Assembly: GCA_964448465.1 (NCBI GenBank)
Contig: CAYUVY010000001.1
Coordinates: 25,196-89,195, forward strand
Source: an uncultured Gammaproteobacteria bacterium
Lineage (GTDB): Bacteria > Patescibacteriota > Microgenomatia > UBA12405
Direction of reading: 5' to 3'
Length of the DNA: 64,000 nt
Below are positions 19,754 to 28,995 of the stretch, one piece after another; within the stretch, counting starts at the first letter, position 1, and each line of letters starts with the position of its first letter. The translations under genes were made by a program, and so were the position numbers. A model generated the notes under the pieces. That model was not told the DNA's origin, made no database searches, and saw nothing but the letters and a program-made list of their open reading frames with translations.

Positions 19754-20985
19754 AAATATTTTGTCAAAAATTCTTGTGTGGTTTTTACTACATATTCTAT
19801 GTCTTCAACAGAAATACCTGGATAAACACCCAACCAAAAAGCATTATTCATAATCATATCGGCTTTTTCCATCAAACCCACTATTTTATATTTAGACTTG
19901 TGTTCCAAATAGGCCGGATGTCGCAGTAAGTTACCAGAAAATACATTACGAGTGCCTATCATGTGGTTTTCCAAATAGGATGTTAGCTCGTTGCGAGTAA
20001 AAGGAGCCTTTGGTTTAACTAATATGGGAAATCCAAAATAGGAGACATCTTCTTTTGGATTATTTTTTAACAACTTAAAGAATTTTTTATACTTTCCAAA
20101 AAATTCTTCTAACAAATTATAATTACGTTGCCTAATTTTTATAAAATTTGGCAATTTCCTCAATTGGGCTAATCCTATGGCTGCCTGGAAATCTGTAAGC
20201 TTTAAATTAAACCCTATCTCCGAATATATATATTTATGATCATAACCTTCGGGTAGTTCTCCAAGTTTCCAGCCAAATCTCTTGTTACAGGTGTTATCTT
20301 TGCCAGGAGCACACCAACAATCTCTTCCCCAATCTCTAAACTGGCGCATTTTTGTGTGCAATATAGCACTGTTAGTCACCACGGCGCCTCCCTCACCCAT
20401 AGTTATTTGATGTGCAGGGTAAAAGCTATAAGTAGCCATATCCCCAAAGGTTCCAAGCATCTTACCTTTATACTTTGAACCCAAAGCATCACAACAATCT
20501 TCGATTAACCATAAATTATACTTTTTACACAACTTTACAATTTTATCTATCTCAAAAGGCTTACCAAGAGTATGAGCCAACATTATCAACTTTGTTTTTT
20601 TTGTTATATTTTTTTCTATTTGGGAAGTATCAATATTTAGTGTGTCCAAAGAAGCATCAATAAAAATTGGTTTTAGTCCAAACATCAAGGCGGGGTTAAC
20701 CGTAGTGGGAAATGCCACTGCAGTGGTTATAAACTCATCTCCTGCTCTTAATCTTCTTTCTTTAAAAATACGAGAGGTCAAAGTGGCCAATGCCAGCAAA
20801 TTTGCCGAGGAACCAGAATTTACCAAAGAAACATGCCTAACCCCCAAAAACTTCTTAAATTCTGACTCAAACTCCAAAGCGAATCTTCCCTCAGTCCACC
20901 AACCATCTTTTGCTGCTTCAATTGCGTTATTTATTTCCGACTCATCAAAAACTTTCCCAGAAACTTGGATATATTTTCTATTCAT
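19750..20985 (-). CDS. rfbH: CDP-6-deoxy-D-xylo-4-hexulose 3-dehydrase (E1, DdhC/RfbH-type; DegT/DnrJ/EryC1 fold)
   Basis: SFYPAHQITMGEGG has His in place of the PLP-binding Lys, as in E1 and ColD. The Cys pattern DCC-x57-CWC-x7-C matches the E1 [2Fe-2S] motif Cx57CxCx7C as I remember it. Adjacent to rfbF and rfbG. Confidence 0.8.
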   Translation of the reverse strand: MNRKYIQVSGKVFDESEINNAIEAAKDGWWTEGRFALEFESEFKKFLGVRHVSLVNSGSSANLLALATLTSRIFKERRLRAGDEFITTAVAFPTTVNPALMFGLKPIFIDASLDTLNIDTSQIEKNITKKTKLIMLAHTLGKPFEIDKIVKLCKKYNLWLIEDCCDALGSKYKGKMLGTFGDMATYSFYPAHQITMGEGGAVVTNSAILHTKMRQFRDWGRDCWCAPGKDNTCNKRFGWKLGELPEGYDHKYIYSEIGFNLKLTDFQAAIGLAQLRKLPNFIKIRQRNYNLLEEFFGKYKKFFKLLKNNPKEDVSYFGFPILVKPKAPFTRNELTSYLENHMIGTRNVFSGNLLRHPAYLEHKSKYKIVGLMEKADMIMNNAFWLGVYPGISVEDIEYVVKTTQEFLTKYL

Positions 20986-21955
20986 TAAAATAAGTCTTGT
21001 ACCATTTATAAATTTTTTTAACTACTTTCTCATAAGTATACAATCTTTTCCAACCTAGCATTTTTTTAGCCTTTTCATCATCTAACTTTTGGTATGCTAA
21101 TTCGTTTTTTGCATTATCCAAAATACTATACTTCAATTTTTTACCCAAGACACTTTCTGATAATCTTATTAAATCAATTACACTAAGGGAGTCCTCTGAG
21201 CCAAAATTAAAAGCTTCACCTTTAATATTTTCGATCTTAGACCCCATCAACAAATAACCATTTACCACATCATCTACGTACAAATAATCCCTTACTTGTT
21301 TGCCGTTGCTCCTTAACTCTAATAGCTGATTTAGGCAAAAACTTTTCATAATTGCTGGTACTATCCTAGAAAAGTATAAATCACCTTCTCCATATATATT
21401 ACCAGCCCTAGCTATGGCAACAGGTAATTGATAGGTTTTCCAGTAAGTATGGGCAATTAAATCAGCACAACTCTTAGATACATCATAAGGATGATCGCCC
21501 TTTAGGGGGTCAGACTCCTTATATTTATCCCCAGACCTTAGTGGCCCATAGGCCTTGTCCGAGGTAACCACTACAATTGCTTTAATTCTAGGATAATTTC
21601 TGGCAGCCTCCAGTATATTAACTGTCCCCATTATATTAGTCTCTAGGCACTCTTTTGGGTTAACATAAGCCACACCCACAATTGGTTGAGCAGCTAAATG
21701 AAAAATATAGTCAATCTCGGCGCCAGTGATCAAATTAAATAAGCCATTGTAGTCTCTTACATCTAAATTTTCCAAAACCAATCTTGGAGAATGCATCTTT
21801 ATGAGGTCAAATTTTATTAAATTATCCTGCTTATAGGTACAAACCACGCTAGCCCCCAAACTTAGTAACTTTCTTACTAGGTTACTCCCCACAAAGCCGG
21901 TACCCCCTGTCACCAATACGTTCTTGTTAAGATACGCGTCCCTTAAAGTTCCCAT
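20978..21955 (-). CDS. rfbG: CDP-glucose 4,6-dehydratase-like SDR
   Basis: VLVTGGTGFVGSNLVRKL, TSDKAYG and YDVSK (YxxxK) motifs. Located between rfbF and rfbH. Confidence 0.7.
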   Translation of the reverse strand: MGTLRDAYLNKNVLVTGGTGFVGSNLVRKLLSLGASVVCTYKQDNLIKFDLIKMHSPRLVLENLDVRDYNGLFNLITGAEIDYIFHLAAQPIVGVAYVNPKECLETNIMGTVNILEAARNYPRIKAIVVVTSDKAYGPLRSGDKYKESDPLKGDHPYDVSKSCADLIAHTYWKTYQLPVAIARAGNIYGEGDLYFSRIVPAIMKSFCLNQLLELRSNGKQVRDYLYVDDVVNGYLLMGSKIENIKGEAFNFGSEDSLSVIDLIRLSESVLGKKLKYSILDNAKNELAYQKLDDEKAKKMLGWKRLYTYEKVVKKIYKWYKTYFNE

Positions 21956-22707
21956 ACCTTACCTTTCTCATCTACAATTTTATTTAAATCTTCAAGCTCT
22001 TTGTATGTGTCAACAGCATACCAAAAACCAGTATGCTTAAATATTGCCAACTGTCTATCTTTAGCCATTTTATCCAAGGATACAAAGTCCATTTCATCTT
22101 TAGAAAAATATTTTAAAGCTTTTCTCTTATAAACCATAAATCCAGCATTTGTCCAGTCTGACATTATGGGTTTTTCTTCAATTTGCACAACAACTCCCTT
22201 CTCATCAACATGAATCTTGCCGTATTTTGACCTAGGATGAGCACACAATACTGTACCAGCCAGTCCAGTCTTTTTGTGAAACTCGTGAAACTTTTTAAAA
22301 TCTACAGAAGCCAAGCCGTCAGCATAGCAAACCATAAAATCTTCGTCCTCCTTGGGAATATATTTGGCGCACATCAAAATTCTTTCTGCGGTTTTTGTAT
22401 AACTACCCGTAGCTAATAAGGTAACTTTAAAATTTAAGTTAAGCTTATTAAAATATTTTATTTTACCTGTTTTTAAGTTTAGCTGAAGGTCGTTATCTCG
22501 TTGTTTAAAGTTTAAAAAATATTCCTTTATCTGGTTACCCATTAACCCTGTTGTCAAAATAAAATCATTGTAACCATACTTCATAAAATGATTCATAATG
22601 TGCAACACTATCGGCTTCCCTGCAACTTCCACCATCGACTTAGGTTTGAATTGTGTTTCTTCTTTTAGTCTTGTACCCGTACCCCCACACAAAATAATTA
22701 CTTTCAT
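21943..22707 (-). CDS. rfbF: Glucose-1-phosphate cytidylyltransferase
   Basis: MKVIILCGGTGTRLKEETQFKPKSMVEVAGKPIVLHIMNHFMKYGYNDFIL is a near-textbook RfbF/DdhA N-terminus. 254 aa. Confidence 0.85.
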   Translation of the reverse strand: MKVIILCGGTGTRLKEETQFKPKSMVEVAGKPIVLHIMNHFMKYGYNDFILTTGLMGNQIKEYFLNFKQRDNDLQLNLKTGKIKYFNKLNLNFKVTLLATGSYTKTAERILMCAKYIPKEDEDFMVCYADGLASVDFKKFHEFHKKTGLAGTVLCAHPRSKYGKIHVDEKGVVVQIEEKPIMSDWTNAGFMVYKRKALKYFSKDEMDFVSLDKMAKDRQLAIFKHTGFWYAVDTYKELEDLNKIVDEKGKVWEL

Positions 22708-22743
22708 ATAAGTTTAGTCAACAAATTAGGAAATATTATAACA

Positions 22744-22770
22744 TTTACAATATCGAACACAATTATACTA
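22744..22770 (+). promoter_or_regulatory. Candidate sigma70-like promoter (TTTACA-15 bp-TATACT) in the 138-bp divergent intergenic region upstream of the GT4 at 22846
   Basis: Hexamers read directly from the sequence. This is an AT-rich context, so chance occurrence is likely. Confidence 0.15.
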
Positions 22771-22845
22771 TATTTGGCAATTTGACCACACGATTAAAGA
22801 TAGAATAGAAATGTTAAAATTGACCAATTAACTAGACAAGAGTTT

Positions 22846-23961
22846 ATGAAAATAGCATTTTTTTGTGCACCCTCCTTACTTAGTGGTGCTGGGGCAGAAC
22901 AATATATGATCAACATAGCAAAGCTAATTCACAATGAAAACCCCAAATACACTGTAGAAATCGTTACTCTAAACACTAATTTTATGGTATTTCTATCCAA
23001 AGTGTTAAACATTGTCTATTCTTTTGATTTTTTTTCAAAATTGAAGTTTAGACATACACGCGATGAAGTTAATAGTATGATAAGTCCTATACCTTGGAAA
23101 GAAATTTCAACTAGAAACATTGGTCTATTAAACGATTACGATATTATTTATACAAAAAACGAAATAATCGATTTATTTTTTTTAAAAATTGCAAAGTTAT
23201 CAAAAAATATTAAGGTTATCGTGGGAGTACATACACCCATCTACTACCCGCATCCAGAAAATTTATTTGGTAAATTACATAATTTCATCTATACATCCTT
23301 TATTTACAAGTGGTTAATCGAGAAAAATTGGATACTTCACACCAGCAATTCTCAAGATCTAAAATGTCTCAAAGAGTATAAAAATGTTTACATACCCTAC
23401 CCGTTTAATTTTAAGTTGAATTCCAATAGTATTGTAAAAAGGGAAATTAAAAATGTTGGATTTACCGGAAGAATATCCATACAAAAGGGAATACGAGTTC
23501 TCGTGTCTACACTTGAAACTGTGGCCCCAAAGTTTCCCAAAATAAATTTTTATATTTATGGATCGGGGGAAAAATGGTTAGAAAATAGCTTGCAAGAACT
23601 AAGCAATAAGTGTCTAAACATAAAATATGACGGCCACGTTTCACACCCAAAATTACTTACCAAACTAAAAAAAATTGATCTCTTGCTAGCACCAAGCATG
23701 TGGGAAGTCTTACCCTTTTCAGTGCTCGAAGCTCAGTCTCTGGGCATCCCGGTAGTCAGTTTTAATATCCCTGGACCCAAAGACATAATTATCAACCACC
23801 AAACAGGTGAACTAGTAAATTCGGAAATAGAATTTCAAAATACTAGTCAAAAGTTACTTAAGGGGGGGTATGTAGCATATGACCGCCAAAGTTATAATAA
23901 GCAAAAGCAATTTTTTGACCCAAAAAAAGTAAACAAACAAATCTTGAAACTCTTTCAGTAA
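22846..23961 (+). CDS. Glycosyltransferase family 4 (GT4)
   Basis: WEVLPFSVLEAQSLGIPVVSFNIPGPKDII is a GT4 C-domain motif. Confidence 0.75.
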   Translation: MKIAFFCAPSLLSGAGAEQYMINIAKLIHNENPKYTVEIVTLNTNFMVFLSKVLNIVYSFDFFSKLKFRHTRDEVNSMISPIPWKEISTRNIGLLNDYDIIYTKNEIIDLFFLKIAKLSKNIKVIVGVHTPIYYPHPENLFGKLHNFIYTSFIYKWLIEKNWILHTSNSQDLKCLKEYKNVYIPYPFNFKLNSNSIVKREIKNVGFTGRISIQKGIRVLVSTLETVAPKFPKINFYIYGSGEKWLENSLQELSNKCLNIKYDGHVSHPKLLTKLKKIDLLLAPSMWEVLPFSVLEAQSLGIPVVSFNIPGPKDIIINHQTGELVNSEIEFQNTSQKLLKGGYVAYDRQSYNKQKQFFDPKKVNKQILKLFQ

Positions 23962-23962
23962 T

Positions 23963-25126
23963 ATGAAAAATAAAAAACGAATTTTAATAAATTTTGTAAA
24001 CTCTGAACAACACCCATTTGCAGTCTGGAGCGAAAGAGTTAAACAACTAGAAAAGAAATTTAAGTGCACCATTTTGTGTAGTAAAAGTGTTCAGTCTATC
24101 ATCATCAAGAGAAAGTTAATTCCCAATGTTGATTTCATCACCATAGGTGAACTCGACCCCAATGATGAAAAAATAAAAAATAAAAACAGATTAGGCTTTA
24201 TGTATATTGCCCTAAAGAGGAACCTTATAGCTCTTAAATATCTGAATAAGTTACAGAATTTTGACGCAAGTTATAGCTTTTCTAGTGTATTGGACCTTAT
24301 CATAATTAATTTTATTCTAAAATTACAACGTAAAGATATTAAGTGGATAACCTATCTTGATAACACGGTTCCATTTACAGACAAAGGAAATAAAATGGTT
24401 AAATTATTAGCTTGGATATTCTTTAAACTTAGCTTGTTTATGATAAGAGATTGCGACCTGGTTTTTGTTATCTCCAATGATTTATTTAACTTCTTGGCAG
24501 AAAGGGGATTCCCAAAATCAAAACTAGCCCTGACTTCAAATGGTATTGAATACGATTCTATACAAATAGCAAAACCCAAAAAACAGTTCTCCAGCGACCT
24601 GGTATATATGGGAAGAATAAACGAAGCCAAGGGTATATTTGACCTTATAAGGCTAATTAGCTTGTTCAAATCCGAAGGTAAAAACTACAAATTGAGTATC
24701 GTTGGAGCAGGGGACAGAAATACTGAATCTCACCTGAAAAAAGAAATTAATAAACTTGGGCTTAAATCACAAATTAAAATTTACGGCTGGATAGAAGGTG
24801 TGAAAAAATACCAGATAATTAAAAGTTCAAAAATATTTATTTCCTTAAGTTCCAACGAAAGCTTTGGGGTAGCACTATTAGAAGGAGTATCCTGTGGTCT
24901 TCCTGCAGTAGCCTATAAACTGAAAAGCTATTTATCTATCTACAAAAACAACGAGGTACAATTTGCCCAAACTAATAATCTTGCTGAGATAAAAACTTTA
25001 GTTGAAAACATACTAAGTAATAAAAATTTCATAAATACTAAAGGAATAGAACTAGGAAAAAAATATTTTTTGCCAACTTTAGCCAAACAAGAATGTCGAA
25101 GAGTCAGTGATTGTTTAAACCAGTGA
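23963..25126 (+). CDS. Glycosyltransferase family 4 (GT4)
   Basis: ESFGVALLEGVSCGLPAVAYK is a GT4 C-domain motif. Confidence 0.75.
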   Translation: MKNKKRILINFVNSEQHPFAVWSERVKQLEKKFKCTILCSKSVQSIIIKRKLIPNVDFITIGELDPNDEKIKNKNRLGFMYIALKRNLIALKYLNKLQNFDASYSFSSVLDLIIINFILKLQRKDIKWITYLDNTVPFTDKGNKMVKLLAWIFFKLSLFMIRDCDLVFVISNDLFNFLAERGFPKSKLALTSNGIEYDSIQIAKPKKQFSSDLVYMGRINEAKGIFDLIRLISLFKSEGKNYKLSIVGAGDRNTESHLKKEINKLGLKSQIKIYGWIEGVKKYQIIKSSKIFISLSSNESFGVALLEGVSCGLPAVAYKLKSYLSIYKNNEVQFAQTNNLAEIKTLVENILSNKNFINTKGIELGKKYFLPTLAKQECRRVSDCLNQ

Positions 25127-25154
25127 ACAATTTGTTAATATACAACTAAACTAT

Positions 25155-25667
25155 ATGTATCAAACAAATATCCAAAAACTAAACTTTGGCTGTGGAAACG
25201 ACATAAAGACCGGTTACCTTAACTGCGATATCGAAAAGTTTAAAGGGGTGGATGTTTGCTTTGATTTTAATGTTATTCCTTATCCTTTTAAGGCTAACAC
25301 TTTTAATTATATCTACTCTGACAATGTCATCGAACACCTGACAAACATCCCCTTGGTCTTAAAAGAGCTCCACCGTATTTCTAAAAATAATGCACAAATA
25401 CGCATCATTGTTCCCTATTACAATTGCTACGGTGCTTACAACGATCTTACCCATACCCATTATTTTAGCCATTTATCCTTTGAACCATTTTATAAGTCCA
25501 ATACCAGAGGAAATTATTTTATAAAAGAAAAATTCAAATTAGTTGAACTAAAATTAGTACCAACTAGGCTTGGAAAACTTATAATTAACAAACTTCGTTT
25601 ACCTTTGAGTTTTATTTTTGGACAAATATATCAAGCTATTGATATAACCATGCAAGTGTCAAAATAA
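25155..25667 (+). CDS. Class I SAM-dependent methyltransferase (small, Methyltransf_11-like)
   Basis: LNFGCGNDIKTGYLNCD glycine-rich motif I, plus DNVIEHL motif. Confidence 0.6.
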   Translation: MYQTNIQKLNFGCGNDIKTGYLNCDIEKFKGVDVCFDFNVIPYPFKANTFNYIYSDNVIEHLTNIPLVLKELHRISKNNAQIRIIVPYYNCYGAYNDLTHTHYFSHLSFEPFYKSNTRGNYFIKEKFKLVELKLVPTRLGKLIINKLRLPLSFIFGQIYQAIDITMQVSK

Positions 25668-26371
25668 TGATACCTTCCTTTTTATCCACATATTTTCTTA
25701 TCCACTACTACCTAAAAAGAGACTTGACCAAGATTGTCGAAAAATACCACATAAAAGGTAGCTTGATCGACGTTGGTTGCGGTCAAAAACCACTCCGCAA
25801 CATTTTTAGTAAATGTCCAACATATCACGGTATAGATTTTAAGAGTTATTCCACCACCAAAGATTTTCCAGTTAGTAAACCTAATTTTTTCTTTTCCAAG
25901 GGATATGTAAAATCACAAACCCTACCTTTTGTGAACAATAGCTATGAAAACAGCGTTTGTTTTCAGGTACTTGAACACCACCCAAACCCACAAAAATTAA
26001 TTTCAGAACTCATTAGGGTTACCAAGAGAGAAGGATACATCCTCATAACCGCACCCTTTCTTTACCCGCTTCATGAAGTTCCCAATGATTACCAAAGAAT
26101 CACAATTTATGGATACAAAGAACTTATAAAACTTCACAAAGATGCTCGCATTATAGAAATAGTTGAACAAGGAAGCTACTTTTCTGTTACAGCCATGTTC
26201 TACTCAGAAATTCTGAATAGCTTTGCTGCAAAAAGTGCCCTTGCCTACCTCATCTCAGCGATTTTCTTAATTCCACTGCTTACTTATCAATACCTAGCCC
26301 TAATTTTAGATAAATATTTTCCTACGCCAACTTTTTGCCTGAATTATTTGCTAGTAATTAGAAAATCATAA
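25667..26371 (+). CDS. Class I SAM-dependent methyltransferase with C-terminal hydrophobic segment
   Basis: LIDVGCGQKPL motif I and FQVLEHHPNPQKL. The start overlaps the upstream stop. Confidence 0.6.
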   Translation: MIPSFLSTYFLIHYYLKRDLTKIVEKYHIKGSLIDVGCGQKPLRNIFSKCPTYHGIDFKSYSTTKDFPVSKPNFFFSKGYVKSQTLPFVNNSYENSVCFQVLEHHPNPQKLISELIRVTKREGYILITAPFLYPLHEVPNDYQRITIYGYKELIKLHKDARIIEIVEQGSYFSVTAMFYSEILNSFAAKSALAYLISAIFLIPLLTYQYLALILDKYFPTPTFCLNYLLVIRKS

Positions 26372-26382
26372 GTATTAGTAAA

Positions 26383-27216
26383 ATGAACAAATTAAGATCC
26401 GTTAATCCCTCCTTCTACAACAAGGTCTATTTTAAGGGCATAAATTTTGGCAAAGTTGACCCCAGAAAAACAAGTACCTACCCAAAAAAATACTTAGAAA
26501 TACTGAATATTTGCCCAATTAAATCAACAGATAAAATTGTCGATTTTGGTTGCGGCAATGGCCTGTTAAGCCTAATATTGGCTTATAAGAAAAACATTGA
26601 AGTTATTGGTATAGATTACTCCAAAGATGCCATAACTAACTCAATTGCCGCCCAACTAGACTTTCAAAAAACACTAGGTAGAACCTTAAAACTTAAATAT
26701 CTCCAGAGAGATAACCTACATCTACCTATGTTAAAAAATATCTCCATAGTCTATCTTTCAGATGTGGTTGAACACTTATACGATGAAGAATTAACTTATA
26801 TTTTTAATATTTTTAAAACCTGGGGTAAAAAAATTACAATAATAATTCACACAGACAATTCTTATTATTTAAAATTCGTTAAACCAATTCAAGATATCTT
26901 GGCACTGATTACCAGAAAAACCAGTATAAACAAAATCCTCTATGCAAATAATCTTAATGCAAAGTATCACATAAATCTTACGAACCCCCAAAAATTTAAC
27001 AAACTAATGTTTTTGAATGGATATAAAAATATCCAAATAATATATCCTCAAACCACAAAAGAAGCAATTATTCAACAAATGGGTCAACTGTCAAATATTC
27101 CCGGTGCTTATTGGTTAATACAAAGAATATTAAAAATAGACATTTTCAAACAATTACTTTCACCAGGGTTTTACGCCGTATACGAGCACAAAAATAATAA
27201 AAAAACTGTTAGTTAA
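26383..27216 (+). CDS. Class I SAM-dependent methyltransferase
   Basis: IVDFGCGNGLLSLILA motif I and a LSDVVEHL motif. Confidence 0.65.
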   Translation: MNKLRSVNPSFYNKVYFKGINFGKVDPRKTSTYPKKYLEILNICPIKSTDKIVDFGCGNGLLSLILAYKKNIEVIGIDYSKDAITNSIAAQLDFQKTLGRTLKLKYLQRDNLHLPMLKNISIVYLSDVVEHLYDEELTYIFNIFKTWGKKITIIIHTDNSYYLKFVKPIQDILALITRKTSINKILYANNLNAKYHINLTNPQKFNKLMFLNGYKNIQIIYPQTTKEAIIQQMGQLSNIPGAYWLIQRILKIDIFKQLLSPGFYAVYEHKNNKKTVS

Positions 27217-28975
27217 TTTGTTTTAGTAAGTCTCTTGCCGGAGTAAAACCCGGATTAATATTCAATGATTGCTCGACTAGTTTTTTAGCGGAATCCCTCT
27301 TCCCTTGGGTCAGCTCATTAACTGCTTTCATATACAATCCTTGAAAATTGTTATTATCTAAACTTAACAATCGATCCAGTATCATGTCAACTAAGGGGTA
27401 ATCCTTTTCTGTGTATACAACCTGAGCCAAACTAAGATAACTTTGATATAAAGTTGGGTTTAATTTTATTGCCGTAAGGTAGCTATCTTTTGCCAGGTCT
27501 AGTCTACCCATTTTATAAAATATGTTTGCCCTATTGTGAAAGGCATCTGCATAATCAGGCTTAACCACCGTCGACTGAGTAAAACCCTTAACCGCGTTCT
27601 CATATTGTGCTAATTTATCGTAATCATCCCCAATGTTGTTCCAAGCATTATGAGAGTTAGGTGAGACCTGGCAAGTATTAACCCATAAATTATGATTGGT
27701 CTGCCAGTCAATATTTCTTAAGTAAATTCTAAAAGCAAACACACCACAAACCACAGTTAACAGAAAATAACCAAAAAGAGGCAATTTTGAGTTTAGTTTA
27801 TAAAACATTAAACCAAATATCAAACTAATCCCTAAACTACCAAAAAATACATAACGTTCAGCCACCATCCAACTTACCCTCAATGGTGACATGGCAATGC
27901 TGCTTGCCAAAAACGTAAATGCAAGGCCCCAAAATATAATTTTATTTTGTTTGGCAAAATAAAATAAACAAGCAAAATAGAGTATAAAAATCAACCAATT
28001 TAACCATACTGGATTTATAAATAAGGTGTGATATAGAGTTAAGTCAACCGGAAAAACTATCAACTGCAGATATTTTGATACTGAAGTTGGGTATTGCTCA
28101 AATGGATTATAAAAAACACTAACCGTCCCACTGTTAACTACCGTAACTCTCTCTTTAATAGCTGGAAAATAAAATGCAATCATAGTAAGAACCAGAAAAG
28201 TTACCATCAAAAAATAACTCAATTTGAGTTTCCTTGTAAATTGTCCAAACTCCCCAACTGAAAATTTTAAGAGTAGATACAAGAATATTGTGTTGGCGAC
28301 CCAAAATTTTACTGTAAAAATGCCAACAAAAAGGGCTGATATAAGGGAAATCAGATAAGTTTTACTTTTAGTTTTTTCCAAGTAGTAAAAAGACAAGACT
28401 ATCCACAAACTAGTTATAGCTAAATATAAATATGGCTTACCAGAAATCCAGGTAACTCCTTCTACGTGAACTGGTAAGACAGCGTAAATAACTAAAGATA
28501 GATTAGTAAGTTCCTTAGATTTCGTTATTAGATACAAGAAAACATAGCCTAAAACTAAGCTTGTTCCATACAAAAACAAACTAAACAGATGGTATGGCGT
28601 AGGGTTTTGATTGCCAAAAAGATGATAAAAAATATAGTAACCCACAGAAAGTAAGCTAAAATTTTCTCTAACATACGAAATATTCCCAACCTCACTATTT
28701 TGGTTCAAAGTAGCATAATCATCCGAGACAAAATTAGCGTTCATTCCGTTGGCGTATACAGCCACAACCAAAGCTAGAATAATCAACAAAAACTTCCAAT
28801 TACCCTTAATTATTTGCCAAATACTTTCCACTTTTTCTGTCTGTAAGCCCTGTACTCTTTCGGCCACAAACTCTTTAATATCATTTATGCCCGCACCTAC
28901 CTTTTTGGATAGTTCTTCAGGCGAAAGATGTGCATTTTGTAATACAAATTTACGCTTCTTTTTGCTTAAACCCAT
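27209..28975 (-). CDS. TMTC-like membrane protein: N-terminal polytopic GT-C-like domain with DD motif plus C-terminal TPR repeats
   Basis: FVSDDYATL acidic motif follows the first TM helix. More than 10 hydrophobic segments. The C-terminus carries 3-4 TPR-like repeats (AWNNIGDDYDKLAQYENAVKGF...AFHNRANIFYKMGRLDLAKDSYLTAIKLNP...). Confidence 0.6.
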   Translation of the reverse strand: MGLSKKKRKFVLQNAHLSPEELSKKVGAGINDIKEFVAERVQGLQTEKVESIWQIIKGNWKFLLIILALVVAVYANGMNANFVSDDYATLNQNSEVGNISYVRENFSLLSVGYYIFYHLFGNQNPTPYHLFSLFLYGTSLVLGYVFLYLITKSKELTNLSLVIYAVLPVHVEGVTWISGKPYLYLAITSLWIVLSFYYLEKTKSKTYLISLISALFVGIFTVKFWVANTIFLYLLLKFSVGEFGQFTRKLKLSYFLMVTFLVLTMIAFYFPAIKERVTVVNSGTVSVFYNPFEQYPTSVSKYLQLIVFPVDLTLYHTLFINPVWLNWLIFILYFACLFYFAKQNKIIFWGLAFTFLASSIAMSPLRVSWMVAERYVFFGSLGISLIFGLMFYKLNSKLPLFGYFLLTVVCGVFAFRIYLRNIDWQTNHNLWVNTCQVSPNSHNAWNNIGDDYDKLAQYENAVKGFTQSTVVKPDYADAFHNRANIFYKMGRLDLAKDSYLTAIKLNPTLYQSYLSLAQVVYTEKDYPLVDMILDRLLSLDNNNFQGLYMKAVNELTQGKRDSAKKLVEQSLNINPGFTPARDLLKQIN

Positions 28976-28989
28976 AGTCCTAGTATAAT
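28962..28989 (+). promoter_or_regulatory. Candidate sigma70-like promoter TTGCTT-16 bp-TATAAT, ending 6 nt before the wzm ATG; would give a leaderless or near-leaderless transcript
   Basis: TTGCTT at 28962-28967 and TATAAT at 28984-28989, read directly. Only 20 bp separate the divergent genes. Confidence 0.25.
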
Positions 28990-28995
28990 CTATAC

